This document shows positions 61,704-64,000 of a stretch of 64,000 nucleotides of DNA, piece after piece. A program made the translations under genes and the position numbers. Every line of letters starts with the position of its first letter. Positions within the stretch are counted from its first letter, which is position 1. The notes beneath the pieces are model-generated. The model ran no database searches. It saw only the letters and a program-made list of their open reading frames with translations, and had not been told where the DNA came from. Source of the DNA: Promethearchaeota archaeon (GTDB taxonomy: Archaea; Asgardarchaeota; Lokiarchaeia; Sigyniarchaeales; SOKP01); assembly GCA_030599585.1 (NCBI GenBank), contig JAUVNS010000006.1:224001-288000 (forward strand), written 5' to 3'.

Positions 61704-64000
61704 ATGGAAAACTTTCTCAAAGCGATGGAACTTGATAGAATGGGAAAATGGGAAGAAGCTCTGGTATATTACGACAAAACTTTAGAATTAAACCCCAATT
61801 TTCCCGATGGGTGGGCAGGTAAAGGTTTATTGCTTGGAAAACTAAAAAGGGATGAAGAAGAGATTGAATGTTTAGAGAAAGCACTAGATATTGACCCAAA
61901 TTCAGCTATGATATGGACAATGAAGGGCGCTGCTTTATTAAAAGTGGGGAGATTTGAAGAATCACTTAAATGTCAACAAAATGCTTTAAATATTGAATCG
62001 AATTCATCTATAGCTTGGCTTGGAAAGGGATTAGCTTTCTTTGAGTTAAAAAAATTCAATGAAGCAATTGAATGTTTCAATAAAACTTTGGAGTTAGAGC
62101 CACATAATAACATGGCTCAAAATAAAAAGATACACGCTATGCAATTGATTGGCAGAACTGAAGATCTTGAAAAAATATATGAGGAGACTTTAGTAAAAGA
62201 TCCTAACTCTATTGAAGCTTTAACTGGAAAAGCTATTTCGCTTGCAAAGCATGGGAATTATGAGGAGGCAATCAATCTTTTTGATAAAGTTATACATATT
62301 GAACCAAATAACATATCCTCCTTAATGAATAAAGGCATAATATTAAACGAATTCAGAAGATTTGATGAATCTTTAGTTATGTTTGAGAAAATTTTGAGTT
62401 TAAGTCCTAAACTTCCAAGAGCATTACTGGGAAAAGCCATGGCACTTGATGGGCTTGGAAAGTTTGAAATGTCATTAAACTTTGTAAATAAAGCTTTAGA
62501 CCTTGATCCAAACGATCGCTTGATTTGGATCCAAAAGGGGATCGCCTTATTAAAAAACAAGAAGCCTAATGAAGCTCTCGATTTGTTTAATAAAGTTTTA
62601 GAAGAACATCCATTAGACGCCTTAAGTTGGCATTATAAAGGGATAACGCTTCGAACTATTAAAAAATTTAATGAGGCAAGTGATTGTTTCACAAAAGCTC
62701 TGGAGATTGATCCTCGATTAGAAATGGCATTAGCGGGAAAAGGTGCTCTAGAGGCAGAACTTGGAAATTTGGAAGAAGCAATTGTGTACTTTGATAAAGC
62801 AATACAAATCAAGCCTCTATCCATCCTTAATTTTCTGAATAAAGCAGATATATTAACTCGATTAAACAGATATGAAGAAGCGGTGACAACCTATGATAGA
62901 GCCTTGAAAATAAACCCAAATCTAGTTGATGCTTTATTTCAAAAAGGAAAATTACAGTATAATCTCAATCAATGGGAAAACGCTCTCGTTTGTTTTGATC
63001 ATTGTTTAAAATTAAGCCCAAATGAGGGAACCTTTTTAGATCATAAATGTGCTACGCTAAACCAGCTAAAAAGATATAAAGAAGCTTTAGAGTTCAGTGA
63101 AAGAGCACTGGAATTAAATCCAATATCTGTAGATGCGTTAATAAGCAAAGCTATTGCATTAGGGGAGTTGGATAGGCAAGAAGAAGCAATTCAGTATTTT
63201 GACAAAGCTATTGAATTGGATCCTAAATCTTTAAATGCTTGGTATAATAAGGGGTCTTTATTAGCAAAGTTGGGAAAATATGAAGAAGGTCAAGAGTGTT
63301 TTAATCAAGCTCTTAAAATAGATCCAAATTATATGCCAGCAAAACATAATATGGGGGTCATGCTTCAAGCCCTTGATAAACCGGATGATTCGTTAAAGTA
63401 TTTTGACGATGTGCTTGATGACAATCCTGAATTTTTTGAGGGCTGGCATAATAAAGCTAACACATTCATGCAACTTGGGAAATTTAAGGAAGCAATAGAG
63501 TGCCTCGACAAAGCTCTAGAGATCGCCCCAGATGAAGCTCAAATCTGGTCAAGCAAAGGTATTGCATACGATAGAATGGGTGATCCAGAAAAAGCTCTTA
63601 TATACCTTAATAAAGCTTTAGATTTAAACCCGAAATCTGCAAATGCTTGGCACAACGCAGGAGCAGTGTTAGAATCTTTGGGGAGAACTAAAGACGCAAC
63701 CGAATGCTACGACAAAGCCTTAGCTATCAACCCTAATTATCAAGACGATCCACAAACTACTTCACTTGAATTTTTAAAACCAAAATACGCTGAAGATATC
63801 CCGGAGTATTACGATCCATCTTTAAATATTCATCCCATTGCCAAAGCCTGGAAATTTAAGGGGTTCAATTTAATTAGAAGTAAAGATTACGAAGAAGCAC
63901 TAAATAGCTTTGAAAAGGCACTAGAAATAAACGATTACTATGATAAGGCATGGGAGGGTAAAGGTATTGTTTTTCAACATTTAAATGAGCTTGAAAATGC
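61704..64000 (+). CDS. Long TPR-repeat protein (>765 aa, runs off the window; not in ORF track)
   Basis: MENFLKAMELDRMGKWEEALVYYDKTLELNPNFPDGWAGKG..., with 34-aa W..KG....L.....EA...FDKAL..P repeats. The reading frame at the window end is consistent with this start. Confidence 0.92.
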   Translation, partial: MENFLKAMELDRMGKWEEALVYYDKTLELNPNFPDGWAGKGLLLGKLKRDEEEIECLEKALDIDPNSAMIWTMKGAALLKVGRFEESLKCQQNALNIESNSSIAWLGKGLAFFELKKFNEAIECFNKTLELEPHNNMAQNKKIHAMQLIGRTEDLEKIYEETLVKDPNSIEALTGKAISLAKHGNYEEAINLFDKVIHIEPNNISSLMNKGIILNEFRRFDESLVMFEKILSLSPKLPRALLGKAMALDGLGKFEMSLNFVNKALDLDPNDRLIWIQKGIALLKNKKPNEALDLFNKVLEEHPLDALSWHYKGITLRTIKKFNEASDCFTKALEIDPRLEMALAGKGALEAELGNLEEAIVYFDKAIQIKPLSILNFLNKADILTRLNRYEEAVTTYDRALKINPNLVDALFQKGKLQYNLNQWENALVCFDHCLKLSPNEGTFLDHKCATLNQLKRYKEALEFSERALELNPISVDALISKAIALGELDRQEEAIQYFDKAIELDPKSLNAWYNKGSLLAKLGKYEEGQECFNQALKIDPNYMPAKHNMGVMLQALDKPDDSLKYFDDVLDDNPEFFEGWHNKANTFMQLGKFKEAIECLDKALEIAPDEAQIWSSKGIAYDRMGDPEKALIYLNKALDLNPKSANAWHNAGAVLESLGRTKDATECYDKALAINPNYQDDPQTTSLEFLKPKYAEDIPEYYDPSLNIHPIAKAWKFKGFNLIRSKDYEEALNSFEKALEINDYYDKAWEGKGIVFQHLNELEN

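Noticed and set aside
552-62824. Many short antisense or overlapping ORFs in the track (e.g. 552-785, 7693-8016, 29474-29839, 47366-47764, 62258-62560)
   Set aside because: They are shadows of longer motif-bearing genes and have no recognisable domains.

Overview
AT-rich prokaryotic DNA, most likely from an Asgard archaeon (Lokiarchaeia-like). This is an inference from three Rab-like small GTPases, longin-like domains, a giant surface protein with a cytoplasmic tail, many TPR/wHTH proteins and oligo-T terminators. Positions 1-52.8 kb hold accessory metabolic, redox, regulatory and signalling genes, with several local duplications. The standout locus is 52.9-60.6 kb (minus strand), an operon of a helical-repeat (ARM/HEAT-like) protein, a SWIM Zn-finger protein and an Mx162-like retron reverse transcriptase, matching the type XIII retron layout. 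The RT is split by one extra base. Directly downstream lies an unannotated array of three ~190-220 nt structured non-coding units. Each has a covarying terminal inverted repeat with a bulged G, a conserved msr-like stem-loop, and a different msd-like hairpin with a conserved loop. This looks like one retron RT serving three distinct msr-msd cassettes. Other candidates are a beta-propeller/adaptin-appendage (BBSome-like) protein, a kinase-free 7TM/HAMP-TPR-vWA module and a Rab-like protein with a degenerate P-loop and polybasic tail. Three genes missing from the ORF track were found. No rRNA, tRNA, CRISPR array or transposase was recognised. All family calls come from motif reading, not database searches.
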